In this document: one piece after another, positions 29,040 through 40,873 of the stretch
How the letters are laid out: the number at the start of each line of letters is the position of its first letter
Position numbering within the stretch: position 1 is the first letter of the stretch
Virus record (IMG/VR): IMGVR_UViG_3300021400_000025
Location: 214,479 to 278,478 of that record
Strand: one strand, 5' to 3'
DNA from: a virus
Taxonomy: Duplodnaviria > Heunggongvirae > Uroviricota > Caudoviricetes
DNA: 64,000 nucleotides
The notes under the pieces: model-generated
What the model saw: only the letters and a program-made list of their open reading frames with translations
The model's database searches: none
Told to the model about the DNA's origin: nothing
Made by a program: the position numbers and the translations under genes

Positions 29040-32000
29040 TCAAGTCAAGGGATCTCTCAACGCCCAGAACACGAATCCATGCGAGAAAGTGCCATCGTGC
29101 GTTATCTTCTGCGCGAAGTCGGTGAAATTGATGTACGCATATGTTGGTGATTCGCTGTCCCTCTCCCAATTCGTGTTGATGAATGGGGTTATGTTGGCTA
29201 TGTCTCGTTCATAGTTGCCCGTCTCCTGGGAATGTCCGGCGCCTGGGACATTGTTTTTCATCAGATACCAACATTTGAGAGTGTGCCCGGGGTATTGGTA
29301 TATTGGAGCCTGCTGGGAACCATATTTCAGATTCTTGAATGAGGAGTCGTACAGCATGTTCCGCCATGGCAATATCCTGACCTTCCAGAAGATTTTCCCT
29401 GTGGGCACATGCCTATATGATGCAGAATCGTTCCATGTGAGATATTTGGAGCATGCGCATTGGTTGCCTGTCTCGCCCAGATAGTACAATCCAGCATCGC
29501 CACCTGTCGTGTACCAACTTGTCCATATGGCTTTTTTCACCCCTGTGGGGACGAGTTCAGACAGTTCTCTTGTGACTATGATGGGGGCGGGAGCTGGTGT
29601 TGAGCCAGATGAAGAGCCAGATGAAGAGCCAGGTTCCAATCCCTCTTCCATTGACTGTATGTAGTCCACACTGGTTATGATGTCGTCGGGATTAAATGGG
29701 GAGAAGTTCAATGTGAACCCATTTTCATCCATCGTCTGGTTGTCGCTGGCAGTCTACGATGTGTTCCATGGGTAGTTCTCCAGTTTGGATATGTCGTCGC
29801 GCCCTCTATCGGGGAAAAACATGTCCTTGATGGTTGGGCATCCATTCAAGATGTTCTTCGAGATGCTTTGAACTGTCTTGGGGATTGTCAGTGTCTTCAC
29901 CTCGCAACCATTGAACGCATCTTCGCCGATTGCCAACACCCCATTTGGCACAACCACATTTGATTGGTTCCCAACATATTGATGGAGGGTGTTGCCCACC
30001 ACGATGAAGCCATCTCTTGCGAGTCCAATGCATCCATAGAACGCCTTGGAGCCGATGTGCGTGGTGGATTCAGGGACGACGATTTCGTTGTGCAAGCATC
30101 GACAGTCCATGAACGCATTTTCCCCAATCCATGTCAGAGAATCTGGCAATGCGATGTCCTTCAACCTGACGCATCCAATGAACGCATTGTCCCCTATGCT
30201 CGTCACACTGGATGGAATGCCCACATGCTTGAGCGAAGTCCAAGATTCAAATGCGTTCGCGCCGATTGCCGTCACCTTGTTGCCAATCTGGACTGCTTGT
30301 GGAGAGGTCTTCAATCCACACAGCCCTGCTTCCTGCATGGTCTGCATGGACACTTCGCCACTCCAATCATATGTCCTCAATGTTCCATCTGCGAAATAGA
30401 TTGTGGTGTTGCCATCTGGATCCTTGGGCGGATGCCCTCCGTTGCTCCTCATGGTGGATGGACTCACTTTGACTGTTGCCACGGCCAAATCGTCAAGTGG
30501 GGATTTCTGCCTTGAACTGACCAGAGGGATTGGCGCAAGTTTGACGAAGGTTCCTGTCCCTATGACAACATCATCATCCACATCTCCCTCGCCTTGATGT
30601 GGGGTTTCATCTGAATGTGGAGCTGGGATGTCTTTGTCGGTCAATTGCTCCGCCGTTCCAGGTCTGATTATGATGTCTATCTTCTGCACCCCCCATGGAT
30701 AGTTGGACATGGCACTTATCTCGCTCTTCGTCCTCTCTTGGAAGAGGATGAGACGATTCACTCCCATGAACGCCCAAGCCCCAATCTCCTCCACCTGCTT
30801 GGGGATTCTCAATATTGGGTCGACGGATTCCGCAGAGCAGTCCATGAACGCAGAATCGCCAATCCTCCTCACCGACGATGGGATGTCGATTGGACCGAGA
30901 AGCGAAGAGCATCCTTGGAATGTCTGCTCCTGTATTTCCACCAGACCCGATGGCAATCTCACTGAATCCAGTTTTGTGCATCCACTGAACGCCCCCCTTC
31001 CAATGCTTGCCACCGAATCTGGGATGGAAATCTCCACCAGTCCTGAATCCTTGAACGCATAGTCGCCTATGCGGACTATCGAATCTGGCACGGTGATGCG
31101 CTGCAGATTGCTGAATCCACTGAATGCGCAGTCCCCAATCTCCGTCACCAATCCACCCAGTTGGATTGAAATGGGCTGGCGTTCCTTCAAATCAGATGTC
31201 GTGAAATGGTCTATCGCCCCTGAGAACACGAACTCCACCTGGCTTCCATCTTCAAGGGTGGCATATGTGGCGTCCTCGGAAACTGGCGCATCTTCTTCCT
31301 CCTCCTGCGTGTCCTTCCACTCTCCATCCACTGCGCACATCGTCCCATCTTTGCAGACCAATATGCAATCTTCTCCACCCAGACCCAGCTTGGTGGGGTC
31401 GACATCCTCCATCCTCATGGAACTCAGGCAGACATATTCAATCTTGCTGCATCCTCTGAACGCCCCATCTCCAACCATGATGGCATTGGGGAACTCGGCC
31501 CTTCTGAGATTGACGCATCCCGAGAACGATTTTGGCAGAATCTACTGCACCCTCGGCAGATATATCGTCTCCAGATTGGAATCCCCAGAGAACACATTCC
31601 CCAGAAACTGCGTGGCATACACCTCATAGATGTCAGATGGGACAGATTCGCCGGGCTTGAATCCCACTATGCAGGTCTTCTCAGAGGTCTCGCTGGGTGG
31701 TTCATCGTCGTCCGACTGCTCATAGTCCCACTCGAAGAATGGTTGCCCCTCATTGGTCAAAGTGAAGATGCCATCCATTCCAATCACATCGCAACTGTCC
31801 ACCAGTCCATACGCCCACGATCCAAAACTGGATTGATATCTGGATAAGAGGCCAGTTCCCTTCAAATTGAGGCATTTGAGCGAAGTCATGTCCTTGAACA
31901 GATTGTCGGGGAGATTGGACGCAGACTGCAAGTTCATGAACCTCATCTGCAAGCATCCATCCATTGAATTCCCCTGGATGGTGGTGGCGAATGGAACATC

Positions 32001-32567
32001 CAGAATCTCCAGACTGGAACAGTTGTTGAATGTCCCATTGCGCACAGATTCCAATGACGGAAAGATCACCTCTTCAAGGGATGAACATCCAGAGAACACA
32101 TCTTGTCCAATCGTCTTCAGAAAGGGAGCGCGAATCTTCTTCAACGAAGAGCATCCCCACAGAGCCTTGTCCCCCAGCTCCACCACCCTCGGCAAATCCA
32201 GTTCTTCAAGCATGGAGCATCCACTGAAGCCCTCATCGCCGATGTCCTTCACGAATGGAATGTTCGCCTGCTTCGCGGATGAGCATCCCATGAAGCCTTG
32301 CTCCGCCACATGAGCCAATTTGGGGAAGTCGATGGACTGCGCCATGGAACAGTCCTTGAACGACCCATTTCCCATGGACTGCACGTTTGGAAAGTCAAGT
32401 TCCTCCACATGATTGCACGATATGAAGGCATAGTCGCCTATGGAACGTGCGTCGGGAAACACCAGACTTGTGGCCGCGAATATGCCAGGGAACGCGCTGT
32501 TCCTTATGTTGATGGCGTCCTATCCATCTATTTCCTTGATGAATTGAAGCTTGATGTATGCGGCCAT
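29040..32567 (-). CDS. Large multi-domain BspA-type LRR protein (1175 aa), three in-frame TAGs
   Basis: ORFs 31542-32462, 29754-31478 and 29040-29732 are in one frame separated by TAG; ATG at 32567; several LRR_5 blocks ending NYPW. Confidence 0.82.
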
Positions 32568-32578
32568 GAGTTCCCCTT

Positions 32579-32953
32579 TCACTTCCCATGTTCAAGAAGA
32601 TCAACTTGGTTCGTCGTCTCCCTGAACACCTTGAGAATATTTACTATATCCTCAACGCGCACAACAACGCTGTTCGTGGAGGAATGCGAATGAAGACCAC
32701 CAAGATTGAACATGACGGTTCTATTGGTGGTGATTTCCGCGGACATTGATTCTATGTCTGTGCTGAATCCAAACTTGAAGTATCTGACCTCGTATCCCTG
32801 GTCGATGATGGCGTAGTCAATTGGATTGGTTGAACAACTGGATTCAGAATATATTGGCATGACAAGGTTTGGCCGCTTGTCAACAGTCACCTTCGCCATG
32901 CAGCCTGTCATAATCACTGCAAGCAGTCCAATAAATGTCAATGTCCATTTCAT
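32579..32953 (-). CDS. Lipoprotein (possible spanin component)
   Basis: Signal peptide with lipobox MTGC; near a holin-like gene. Confidence 0.5.
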   Translation of the reverse strand: MKWTLTFIGLLAVIMTGCMAKVTVDKRPNLVMPIYSESSCSTNPIDYAIIDQGYEVRYFKFGFSTDIESMSAEITTNRTVMFNLGGLHSHSSTNSVVVRVEDIVNILKVFRETTNQVDLLEHGK

Positions 32954-33028
32954 GTTGTCATCAGTTTTGAATCAACGCACTTTCTATTATTCCCATGTCA
33001 GGGTAATCGTTGAAGATAGCAGCCAGTT

Positions 33029-33820
33029 TCAAATGTTGTCAATTTCGTCCTACCGTATTATAAGATCACCTTTGGTTGCCACAGTTCCATTTTCAATGTC
33101 TTCGTTGAGCTTATCTTGCAGTTTTCTTATCAACTTTCTTCTGGACTCCTCTCTACGTTTGATTCGCTCGATTTCAGTTTTCTCTGCTTCTTCTCTCAAA
33201 GTTTTGCTTATTGGATCATCCCAATAATCAGACTCATCGTCATCGTCCTCCCAAATTGGCCACCTCCAAGGCAGAATATAATCAACCCATGCGAACCTAT
33301 TATAGGGATTTGGCAATGTTGGAACATCAGTATTTGGCAATACTGGAACATCAATATTTGGCAGCACCGGGATATCCCTGGAAACATCACCATCATAGTT
33401 GGACAAGAACACCAAATCATATACCAGAGCATATTTCAAATACTCTTTCAAGAGACATTGTGAACATCCAAGTCCAAAGTCATATAGTTTTTTGGCTTGT
33501 TCTGGAGTGGCAATCCATTCTCCCGACTATTTTATCTCATCCACCACAGAGAAGAATTGCCTCCACAACCACATGCCACGTTCAATTAGATTTTCGTCAA
33601 ACCACTCTTCCCAATCTCCATCATTCGTATTTAGATCAATATCCTTGGACGATAAAGGGGAGTCAACTGCCCCCCTAATGCTTCCATTGTGGGTCAAAAA
33701 ATCATAATAATTGTCCAAACAGCGCAAAAATGGATTGATGTATCTTTCTGCAACAACTTTTGGATAGAGCAATCCAACATTTAGTTCATTCACCTTCAAT
33801 CTTTTCAAATAGAAAGCCAT
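33029..33820 (-). CDS. Hypothetical protein with DxPxLPN repeats, two TAGs
   Basis: 33527-33826 and 33050-33451 join in frame across TAG; TGA at 33029. Confidence 0.55.
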
Positions 33821-33835
33821 TTTCAATTCACCTCT

Positions 33836-34525
33836 TTATTTCTTCGCTTCTTGAATCAACTGGATTTCGGTCACCATCTTCACTTCGCCTGTGCCGTAAA
33901 TCTTCGCCGTGAAATCGTCAAACCTCTCCTTCACATCGTGGTTGCCACCTATGGAAGTGTAGTAGTCGAACTAGTCCTTCAACCTCTTGAAATCCTTCGC
34001 CGATATTTTCTTCAGGGCTTCGTATTTGTCAATGTCCTTGATGATTTCGTGGCGCAATAGCCATATCGTCCCCTCATGAGCCTCCTTCCTCACAATCTCA
34101 GTCTGAGCCTTCGTCTCCTCTTTCATCAACTCGGTCTGCTTCTTGACCGCCTCTGTCTCGTCGTGCAGACACTGGTGCGCAGATTGGGAGTCCTTGATGG
34201 CCTATTTTAGTTCCCTGTTCGTGTCTGCTATCTGATGCGAGAGTGTCTACTGCTCCTACTTGGACTGATATCGTATCTCCAGCTGGTGGTTGTAGAGGAT
34301 GAACCCAAGGCCACAATCGCAAAGGGCAGACAGGAGAATCATTATAATCATCGAGGTCTTTCTAGTCAGCTCCCCATGCTTGTTTCCAGAATTGTTGTTG
34401 ATTGTGGCCCCATCGGAGGCGTTGATCACCACGCTCTCTTGCTTGATGGAATCGTCAACCTTGGACTGGTCGCTCAGACTCGCGTTCAACGCTGGGTTCG
34501 TCACTGGTATGTTGATGTCTGCCAT
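33836..34525 (-). CDS. Holin-like membrane protein, four in-frame TAGs
   Basis: One TM helix, coiled coil, LLRHEI...YYTSIGGNH C-terminal motif after read-through; GTAAATA upstream (34610). Confidence 0.55.
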
Positions 34526-34620
34526 TTTGTCATCACCTCTTGAAGGAAGAAGAAAAAGTTTTCTTTTACATGGTTGTTGTTGTATGTTCGCTTTTGCGAT
34601 GTCAAGATATATTTACTATA

Positions 34621-35340
34621 TCAATGCGTGAATCTTGGATCGTCACAGGCAAATCGTTGTGACAAGGTCATCAACAGATTCTGTTCATAAGTTGGTTCAA
34701 GGGACTTGATTTGGTTTGGCCGAAACACAATGTAGCAAGTTGGGTCAAATCCCTCCTGGGACTCGAAGTCGTTTGGGTATATTATCCCATCATGGGGGCT
34801 GTCAATGCACTTCTGGCGCAGGAACTCGGTGTATTCTGGATTCAGTTTGGGTTCTTTGTCCAGATTACGCTTCATTTCAAGCGCAGTTTCCTTGTCAATT
34901 CCAATGGATTTCAAGATGGCGTTGGATGCCTATGCCCATGCCCTTTGCTCATAGAGATACATTGTCGATTGAGATATGAATGGATTTCCAGTGTATTTGT
35001 ATGACGCTGAATCCAATATGTCCTTTGCGTTCCATGAACCAATGTCAGCCTTCACGATGATTGGGTTGTGGATTGACAGAGCAACATGCAGAATCTTGCC
35101 TTGTCTATCGTTGTCCAGGATATCGAACTTGTCATCCACTCTGTTCTGCGCCACATAGATGCATTTGGCGAAATGGAAGCCGATGTCATGCTCCTTGAAC
35201 TCGTCAAAGTCCTGGAACGTGCCATGATATGCTGGTATGTTGAAGCCTTGGGATTCGGCGCACTTCAATGCAAGCTGAATCCCAAGGCTCTCGTTTCCAG
35301 AACGAATTGCGTCTTCGTACTATTGATCAATTCTGTTCAT
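34621..35340 (-). CDS. ADP-ribosyltransferase-like domain protein (ART-PolyVal-like), two TAGs
   Basis: AYHGT..FDEF, GFHF, HDGIIY.N, YIVFRPNQIKS; two fragments joined at TAG 34930; ATG at 35340. Confidence 0.7.
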
Positions 35341-35677
35341 CGTCTGCCCATGCGCAACGTATCTTCCATGTTGCGTCGTCCAGTTTCCCCTCCATGACGT
35401 CCTGAACAACAGAAAGCAACAGGCACGTTGAGGAGTTGTCCTTCATGAAGCCATTGAGGATGCAATACATCCTCAACCCAAACAGAAGTTCAGACGAGTA
35501 CGAGTAGTTGCTTTCGCAGAGGTTGACGTAGTATTTGGCTCTGGTCAGATATTCAGTCTTCTTCTCCATGTGCCATTTCGTCAACCACTTGATGACGGAC
35601 GCAAGGCAGAAATCCACCTTGAAGGCCCGTATCAAGTCTATTGGCTGGACAACCAAAGTTGAGTAGGTTTCGCCCAT
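35327..35677 (-). CDS. DUF3310-like (T7 gp1.7-like) protein
   Basis: QPIDLI...FCLASVIKW...LTRAKYY motif. Confidence 0.6.
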   Translation of the reverse strand: MGETYSTLVVQPIDLIRAFKVDFCLASVIKWLTKWHMEKKTEYLTRAKYYVNLCESNYSYSSELLFGLRMYCILNGFMKDNSSTCLLLSVVQDVMEGKLDDATWKIRCAWADDEQN

Positions 35678-36093
35678 TACGCAATCTCCTTTCCTTCAAG
35701 TTCAAAGTTTCTGTTGTACACAGTGCATGTTGTGATTGTGAACTCCACACCCTCTTTCTCCTTCCAGCCAAAATTCACCACCAATTCAGTCTTGGTGTGC
35801 TTCATTATCACAAACTTGAAGTCGTATAGGTATCCTTCCTGCCAAGAAGAACGCAACATGCTGTTCAAGGTCTCAATTATCCTGTCGTGATTCTCCTTAG
35901 TTGGCTCGTCCCACACGCAAGTTTCAAGATATCCACCTATTGCAGCATATATTCCGGGCTTCAAGTCCTTCCATAGAGGTTTATCCTCGGTCTCGTTGCC
36001 AACTTCCTTTGCAGAAGACTTCATTGGGATTGAAGATGCTGCAACGCCAGCAACCAACGCCCCCATGAAGTCTCTTCTTGATGTGTTTTTCAT
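35677..36093 (-). CDS. Twin-arginine signal protein
   Basis: SRRDFMG followed by a hydrophobic stretch and an AxA-like site. Confidence 0.55.
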   Translation of the reverse strand: MKNTSRRDFMGALVAGVAASSIPMKSSAKEVGNETEDKPLWKDLKPGIYAAIGGYLETCVWDEPTKENHDRIIETLNSMLRSSWQEGYLYDFKFVIMKHTKTELVVNFGWKEKEGVEFTITTCTVYNRNFELEGKEIA

Positions 36094-36118
36094 TGTGGTT
36101 CTCCTTTCGTCAAGTCAA

Positions 36119-36868
36119 TCATATTCTCACAGTCTCACGCAGAACCTTGATGTCGTTTTTGTCCTGCCACATTCCGCCATATATCCATTCAAGTTCAATG
36201 TCATAGACACCTTTTTGGTTTTCATGTGACTTCACATCCAATTTCTTGCCAACACCCTCCATGAATTGCTTGTTGGAAATTGGGATATATGAATTCTTGA
36301 TGGCTCGGCAGCATTCCCTTTTCGTCCAGTTTGGGTCGAATTCAAGACCTTTTAGTGAATCAATCCATTTGTGGAAATTGCCAATCACCATTCCATCAAT
36401 GTCATCATATGTTTTGCTGGACCAATATTTTGCGAAATCATACAACGCCAATATGTCAGTCATTCCTATTCTCGCATATTTGATTTCTGAGTTTGCAGTT
36501 CTCTTTGTTCCGCATATGACACCAATCATTCCAGGTGTGGGAGCTATCACCAAGAACCATATCCTGTACATTTTTCCACTTTCCACCAGGAACTTTGTGT
36601 CCTCGTACAGATCATTCTCAAGATGCCAAGCGTCATTCATGCAAAATCCCCATTTGTGGGCATTTTCTGCATTAATCACGCCATTGTTCCTTTTCAGATA
36701 ATAGTAGCCTTGTGTCGCTTTGGGAATGTGCTTTTTAAGATGAGTCAGCACCAAGTCATAGATGGTTCTCTCAATATTGTCATCACACGACACAATGTCG
36801 GATAGACATGGAACTGCAGCAAGCGATGCAAGTCCAGATATGAAGTTTCTTCTTGATGTAGTGTTCAT
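36119..36868 (-). CDS. Twin-arginine signal protein
   Basis: MNTTSRRNFISGLASLAA. Confidence 0.55.
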   Translation of the reverse strand: MNTTSRRNFISGLASLAAVPCLSDIVSCDDNIERTIYDLVLTHLKKHIPKATQGYYYLKRNNGVINAENAHKWGFCMNDAWHLENDLYEDTKFLVESGKMYRIWFLVIAPTPGMIGVICGTKRTANSEIKYARIGMTDILALYDFAKYWSSKTYDDIDGMVIGNFHKWIDSLKGLEFDPNWTKRECCRAIKNSYIPISNKQFMEGVGKKLDVKSHENQKGVYDIELEWIYGGMWQDKNDIKVLRETVRI

Positions 36869-36879
36869 TTCAACTGCCC

Positions 36880-37551
36880 TCATTTCTTTCCGACTTTGCC
36901 AATGTACTCCGACCACAAGGAAATTGCCCTTTCCTCAAGCGATATGATGGCATGTGCGTTTCTGAACTTGTCCAAGGTGGTTATCATCTTCGTGACAACA
37001 TCTATCTCGTACAAATCCACGATTCGCCCAAGGTCAACAAGGCAATTCGTCTTGATTGTTTCTGGCTCGTCTTTTGGTGCGGTGGGTTTTTCTGAATTGT
37101 CGTTTTCAGATTCAGAAGACTTCAATTCCTCTCTATGAATCAATTCAATCTCTTCTGGGGTCATGTGGTTGGACATCATGTTGTCCCAGAACTCGCACTG
37201 CTCATCCACCGAATCAAACTTGATTGTCTGCTTGCTTTGAGTGAAAAAGGAGTTTCCATGCTCGATGTGCATTTTTGATGGCGATTTTGTGTTTGGGAAG
37301 TTTCTATCCACGAACACATGGAAGCCTCTGCATTTTTCCAATTGGATTGATTTGCTGTCGGCCACCCAACAATCCAAATCACATTGATTTATGCCAATCG
37401 CATGCAACGAATCAGAGTCTTGGTCAGAGTCATCGACAAACCATTTGCAGGCGTTCATTTTCTTGATAATCTTTTCAGATTGTTCCTTTTCGACCTCAAT
37501 CTCGTCAGTCTCCCCATTTTCGGGATTGAGCGCAGTTACTATCAATTTCAT
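36880..37551 (-). CDS. Hypothetical protein
   Basis: Intact 223-aa ORF in the operon. Confidence 0.55.
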   Translation of the reverse strand: MKLIVTALNPENGETDEIEVEKEQSEKIIKKMNACKWFVDDSDQDSDSLHAIGINQCDLDCWVADSKSIQLEKCRGFHVFVDRNFPNTKSPSKMHIEHGNSFFTQSKQTIKFDSVDEQCEFWDNMMSNHMTPEEIELIHREELKSSESENDNSEKPTAPKDEPETIKTNCLVDLGRIVDLYEIDVVTKMITTLDKFRNAHAIISLEERAISLWSEYIGKVGKK

Positions 37552-37580
37552 TGTTGTTCTTTCCTTTCGTTGTCATCAAG

Positions 37581-38558
37581 TCAGTCCATGTCCTCTCCAA
37601 CGAGATTATCGAGGCTCTTGGCAGGCTTCTGTTCCTCAACTTCCCTCTCTGCATGCTCTTCTGGTTCTTCATCTTCCACTGTTCCACCAAGGGCTTCCGC
37701 AATGGCTTCTTCGCTTGGTTCTGCATTTTCACCATCTTTTCCAACAAGAATCAGCTCAGTGACAACCGCAAGCATCTCCTGGTTCTTGGAGTTCTCGTGG
37801 TGCTTGTCGCACTGCTTCTCAACCATGTCAGTGGCCTTCTCGGCGTCTCCATTCATGGACAATTCGTCGGTTTTCGCCTGAAGCTCCGCCAACGCCCCGA
37901 ACTGCGCTTTCTTGATTCCCTTTGGATTGGATTCAGAATACTTCATGTTCTCGGGAATGCTCTCGAAGATGACATCCTCAATCTCGGCGTTCTTCTCGAA
38001 GATTTCGTTCTGGATGTTCGCGCCACGCTGGTAGTAGTCGATGATGGTCTTCTTGTCGTCATCGTTGTTCTCAAGGTCAAGCTGAGTGATTGGCTTTCTG
38101 AAGTGGATTTCAATTCCTGCAGTGTCCAACGCCCTCTGAACCTCTGGGACAAGCCTGCCTGCGTACAGGTTCGCAATCAAATCCATTGCGTAGGAATCGC
38201 ACTTCGGTGGCGTTGTCTCCTTTGGCTTGCCACCCTTCTTCAGATACTCGAAGTCGGAGACCTTGCCGAACATCTTTCCAAAGAAGGACTTCAACGTGGA
38301 TTCCATCTTCTTCTCCCGCTTCTTCTTGTCCTCGATGTCGGCGAAGCCATTGAACAGACCAAGGCGTTCCGCAGTCTGCTTGAAGTCCTCGTCCATGTTG
38401 TCGTACATGAATTGGGCAAAATCCTTCTTCATGTTCTTCAAAGTCTCCTTGCAGTTGGAGTTGATGTCCGTCTTAATGTTCGCCGCGTCGGATATGACCT
38501 TCTTCAATTCATCGTACTGGCTGTTGATTTGATTCTGCTCTGTTTCTTCTTCTGACAT
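37581..38558 (-). CDS. Hypothetical acidic helical protein
   Basis: Intact 325-aa ORF. Confidence 0.6.
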   Translation of the reverse strand: MSEEETEQNQINSQYDELKKVISDAANIKTDINSNCKETLKNMKKDFAQFMYDNMDEDFKQTAERLGLFNGFADIEDKKKREKKMESTLKSFFGKMFGKVSDFEYLKKGGKPKETTPPKCDSYAMDLIANLYAGRLVPEVQRALDTAGIEIHFRKPITQLDLENNDDDKKTIIDYYQRGANIQNEIFEKNAEIEDVIFESIPENMKYSESNPKGIKKAQFGALAELQAKTDELSMNGDAEKATDMVEKQCDKHHENSKNQEMLAVVTELILVGKDGENAEPSEEAIAEALGGTVEDEEPEEHAEREVEEQKPAKSLDNLVGEDMD

Positions 38559-39459
38559 GTCTAGTTGCTTCCTTTCAAGTTAAAAATCCGTGTAGAGGGG
38601 ACTTACCACATACTTGCCTCTCGGAAGGGAATCCCCATCCTTCTTCTTGAGTTCCTCGTTCTTGCCGTCCTTGAAGATGATTGCGATGTTCTCGTCTCGG
38701 AACAATCCCACGATTGTGCATGAGTTTGCCGCATAGTCAAGTATCTGAACTGAATAGAGTTTGTTCATCTGGTTCTCAATTCTTTCTTGTTCAATTATAC
38801 TTCACGCGCACATCCCACCCAATTTGACAAGTTCGGAAATGGATGAGTTCGTCTCCTTCGCCAAGTCACTGAGCGTTGACATCGCTTGGGCAAGGGCCAT
38901 TTCCTGTCCAACAGTGAGGGGAAGGTCTCCCGGACACTCGATTGTATCGTAAAGCCCATGTGCCTCGGCATAGTCGCGTTCGGCGAGAAGGGCTTCAAGT
39001 TCCTTGTTGGTGTATTCACTCATGATCTTGTTCTCCTTGCGCATATATTATACCACAAATATGCCTCAGTGGATAAGCCTGTTGTAATCTTCGTCCGAAA
39101 GATTGTTCAACCAATCGCTGGACTCGTCAAGCATCTTCTGAAGTTTCCTTGGTATTGGCTTTCCCTGCCTTGTCAATATTTCACATTCAATCGCGGAAGA
39201 CATCCACTTGTCGAATCCACGGTCAAAATCATCGTTGGTTTTCTTCATCGGCATTCTCCTTTTTCAAATAGTCATAGTATTTCTCCACATCCAATGGGTC
39301 GTCAACCAATCCATATCTTGTATGGCAATCTTCCGGTGGTTTCCATCCAATTTCCTTTTTTACGAGACATACTGGAACATCTTCTGGCTTGATGTAGATG
39401 ACCCACGGTGGGCTTGGTGTCCGCCATTCCTTGATTGTCCATTCATCTTCTTCCATCCA

Positions 39460-40359
39460 TCATTCCTCCAGCCATTCGTTGTCAATTATGTAGAACATAA
39501 TTATAGCCCCTACCGTGAGAATACTCCAAATCACCCAGAACATGACATACGGCCATGCGCAGTTCGCAAGCCTTTCCCTGTACTTCTCAATGTTAGCACT
39601 AACCATGTCGGCAGTTCCCTTGAATCCCTTGTCACGCAAGTCGGCGATAATGGTTCCAGTGAATCCGTCCTTCATGGTGTAGACCAAATCACGCTCGTTC
39701 TTGAACAGTCCACCACCAACAACGGTCTCCTCTTCTCTTGCGCAACCGTAGTTGAACTTGTTGTACTTGAACTCTTGGCCGCAGAACCTCACCATTGGGG
39801 AATTCGTGGTGGAAGTCCATTTCGTGTCCCATGACCAGTAGGTTTCTGTTCTGTGGCGGGTGTGTGGACGACCCTTTGAATCGTATGTGGTGTATGTCAC
39901 AATCCTTGTGTGCTTCTGGTACTTCTGATGCTCAACATGGATTCGGAGATACTCGCCATCAACCAATTTGGATGTCACTGGGGTGACGGCTTCAAGTTTT
40001 CCCCTGACGAAAGCATGACCAACATCCGTGTCCATGGCATGTCTGAATTCAGATGGGGATTCAATGGCAACGGCCTGACGATACTTCAACGTTGAATCGT
40101 CAACCTTCTTGTCAATCCACGAATGCACAAGGAATCCCAGAAACGAGAAGATGCCAAGGATTAGAAGGGAGAACAGAACCTCCCGCAAGGTGATTTCAAA
40201 GTCAATGCTCTCGAACAGGACGACCTTACTGCCCTTCCTTCCCTCTGACGAAGTTGGATTCCGTTTCATTCCCATCTTGAACGCAGCTTCCTTGAACTCC
40301 TCAGAATAGCGGTTTCTTCTGCTCCCAACCTTGTAGTATCCTCCACAGTTCATTGTCAT
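39460..40359 (-). CDS. Membrane protein near lemA
   Basis: N- and C-terminal TM helices flanking a soluble domain. Confidence 0.6.
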   Translation of the reverse strand: MTMNCGGYYKVGSRRNRYSEEFKEAAFKMGMKRNPTSSEGRKGSKVVLFESIDFEITLREVLFSLLILGIFSFLGFLVHSWIDKKVDDSTLKYRQAVAIESPSEFRHAMDTDVGHAFVRGKLEAVTPVTSKLVDGEYLRIHVEHQKYQKHTRIVTYTTYDSKGRPHTRHRTETYWSWDTKWTSTTNSPMVRFCGQEFKYNKFNYGCAREEETVVGGGLFKNERDLVYTMKDGFTGTIIADLRDKGFKGTADMVSANIEKYRERLANCAWPYVMFWVIWSILTVGAIIMFYIIDNEWLEE

Positions 40360-40365
40360 GCCCTT

Positions 40366-40863
40366 TCACTTGGAAGTCACGTCCGGAATCCCATCAAGTT
40401 CAATTTCTGAATCCAGTTTTAGATTGGAACTGCCCTTCTCAACCCAGGTGTTGCCAACATGATCAACCAAATCCTGGTGTTTCTTCCCAATGTAGAACTC
40501 ATGCCTGATTTCAGCAAGTCTGTCCATGAACCTCCTCTTCACAAGGTTCATGTCCTTCGTCTTGACATGGAGGCTGAAGCAGTTGGTTCTCTGACCATCA
40601 TCCCCAACAACAGATTCAAGCGCGATTGAGACAAGTTTCCTCGGGATGTTCCACGCAGAGGCAATCGTGTTGTGGTCTTCACGGCGCGTTTCATCCCGAA
40701 AGAATGGGTCAGCGTACCCCCAAAACCCATCATCGTCCAGAACAAGGTTGATGTACGAATTGACGAGTTGGGAGTACAATTCCTCAAGGGTGGATGCCGA
40801 AGTCCACCCAAACTCCTTGACAACCTCTGCGTCAAGCGCGGCTATGTCAATGGGATTTTCCAT
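40366..40863 (-). CDS. Hypothetical protein
   Basis: Probable start MENPIDI just after lemA. Confidence 0.5.
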   Translation of the reverse strand: MENPIDIAALDAEVVKEFGWTSASTLEELYSQLVNSYINLVLDDDGFWGYADPFFRDETRREDHNTIASAWNIPRKLVSIALESVVGDDGQRTNCFSLHVKTKDMNLVKRRFMDRLAEIRHEFYIGKKHQDLVDHVGNTWVEKGSSNLKLDSEIELDGIPDVTSK

Positions 40864-40873
40864 TGGTTGTTCG

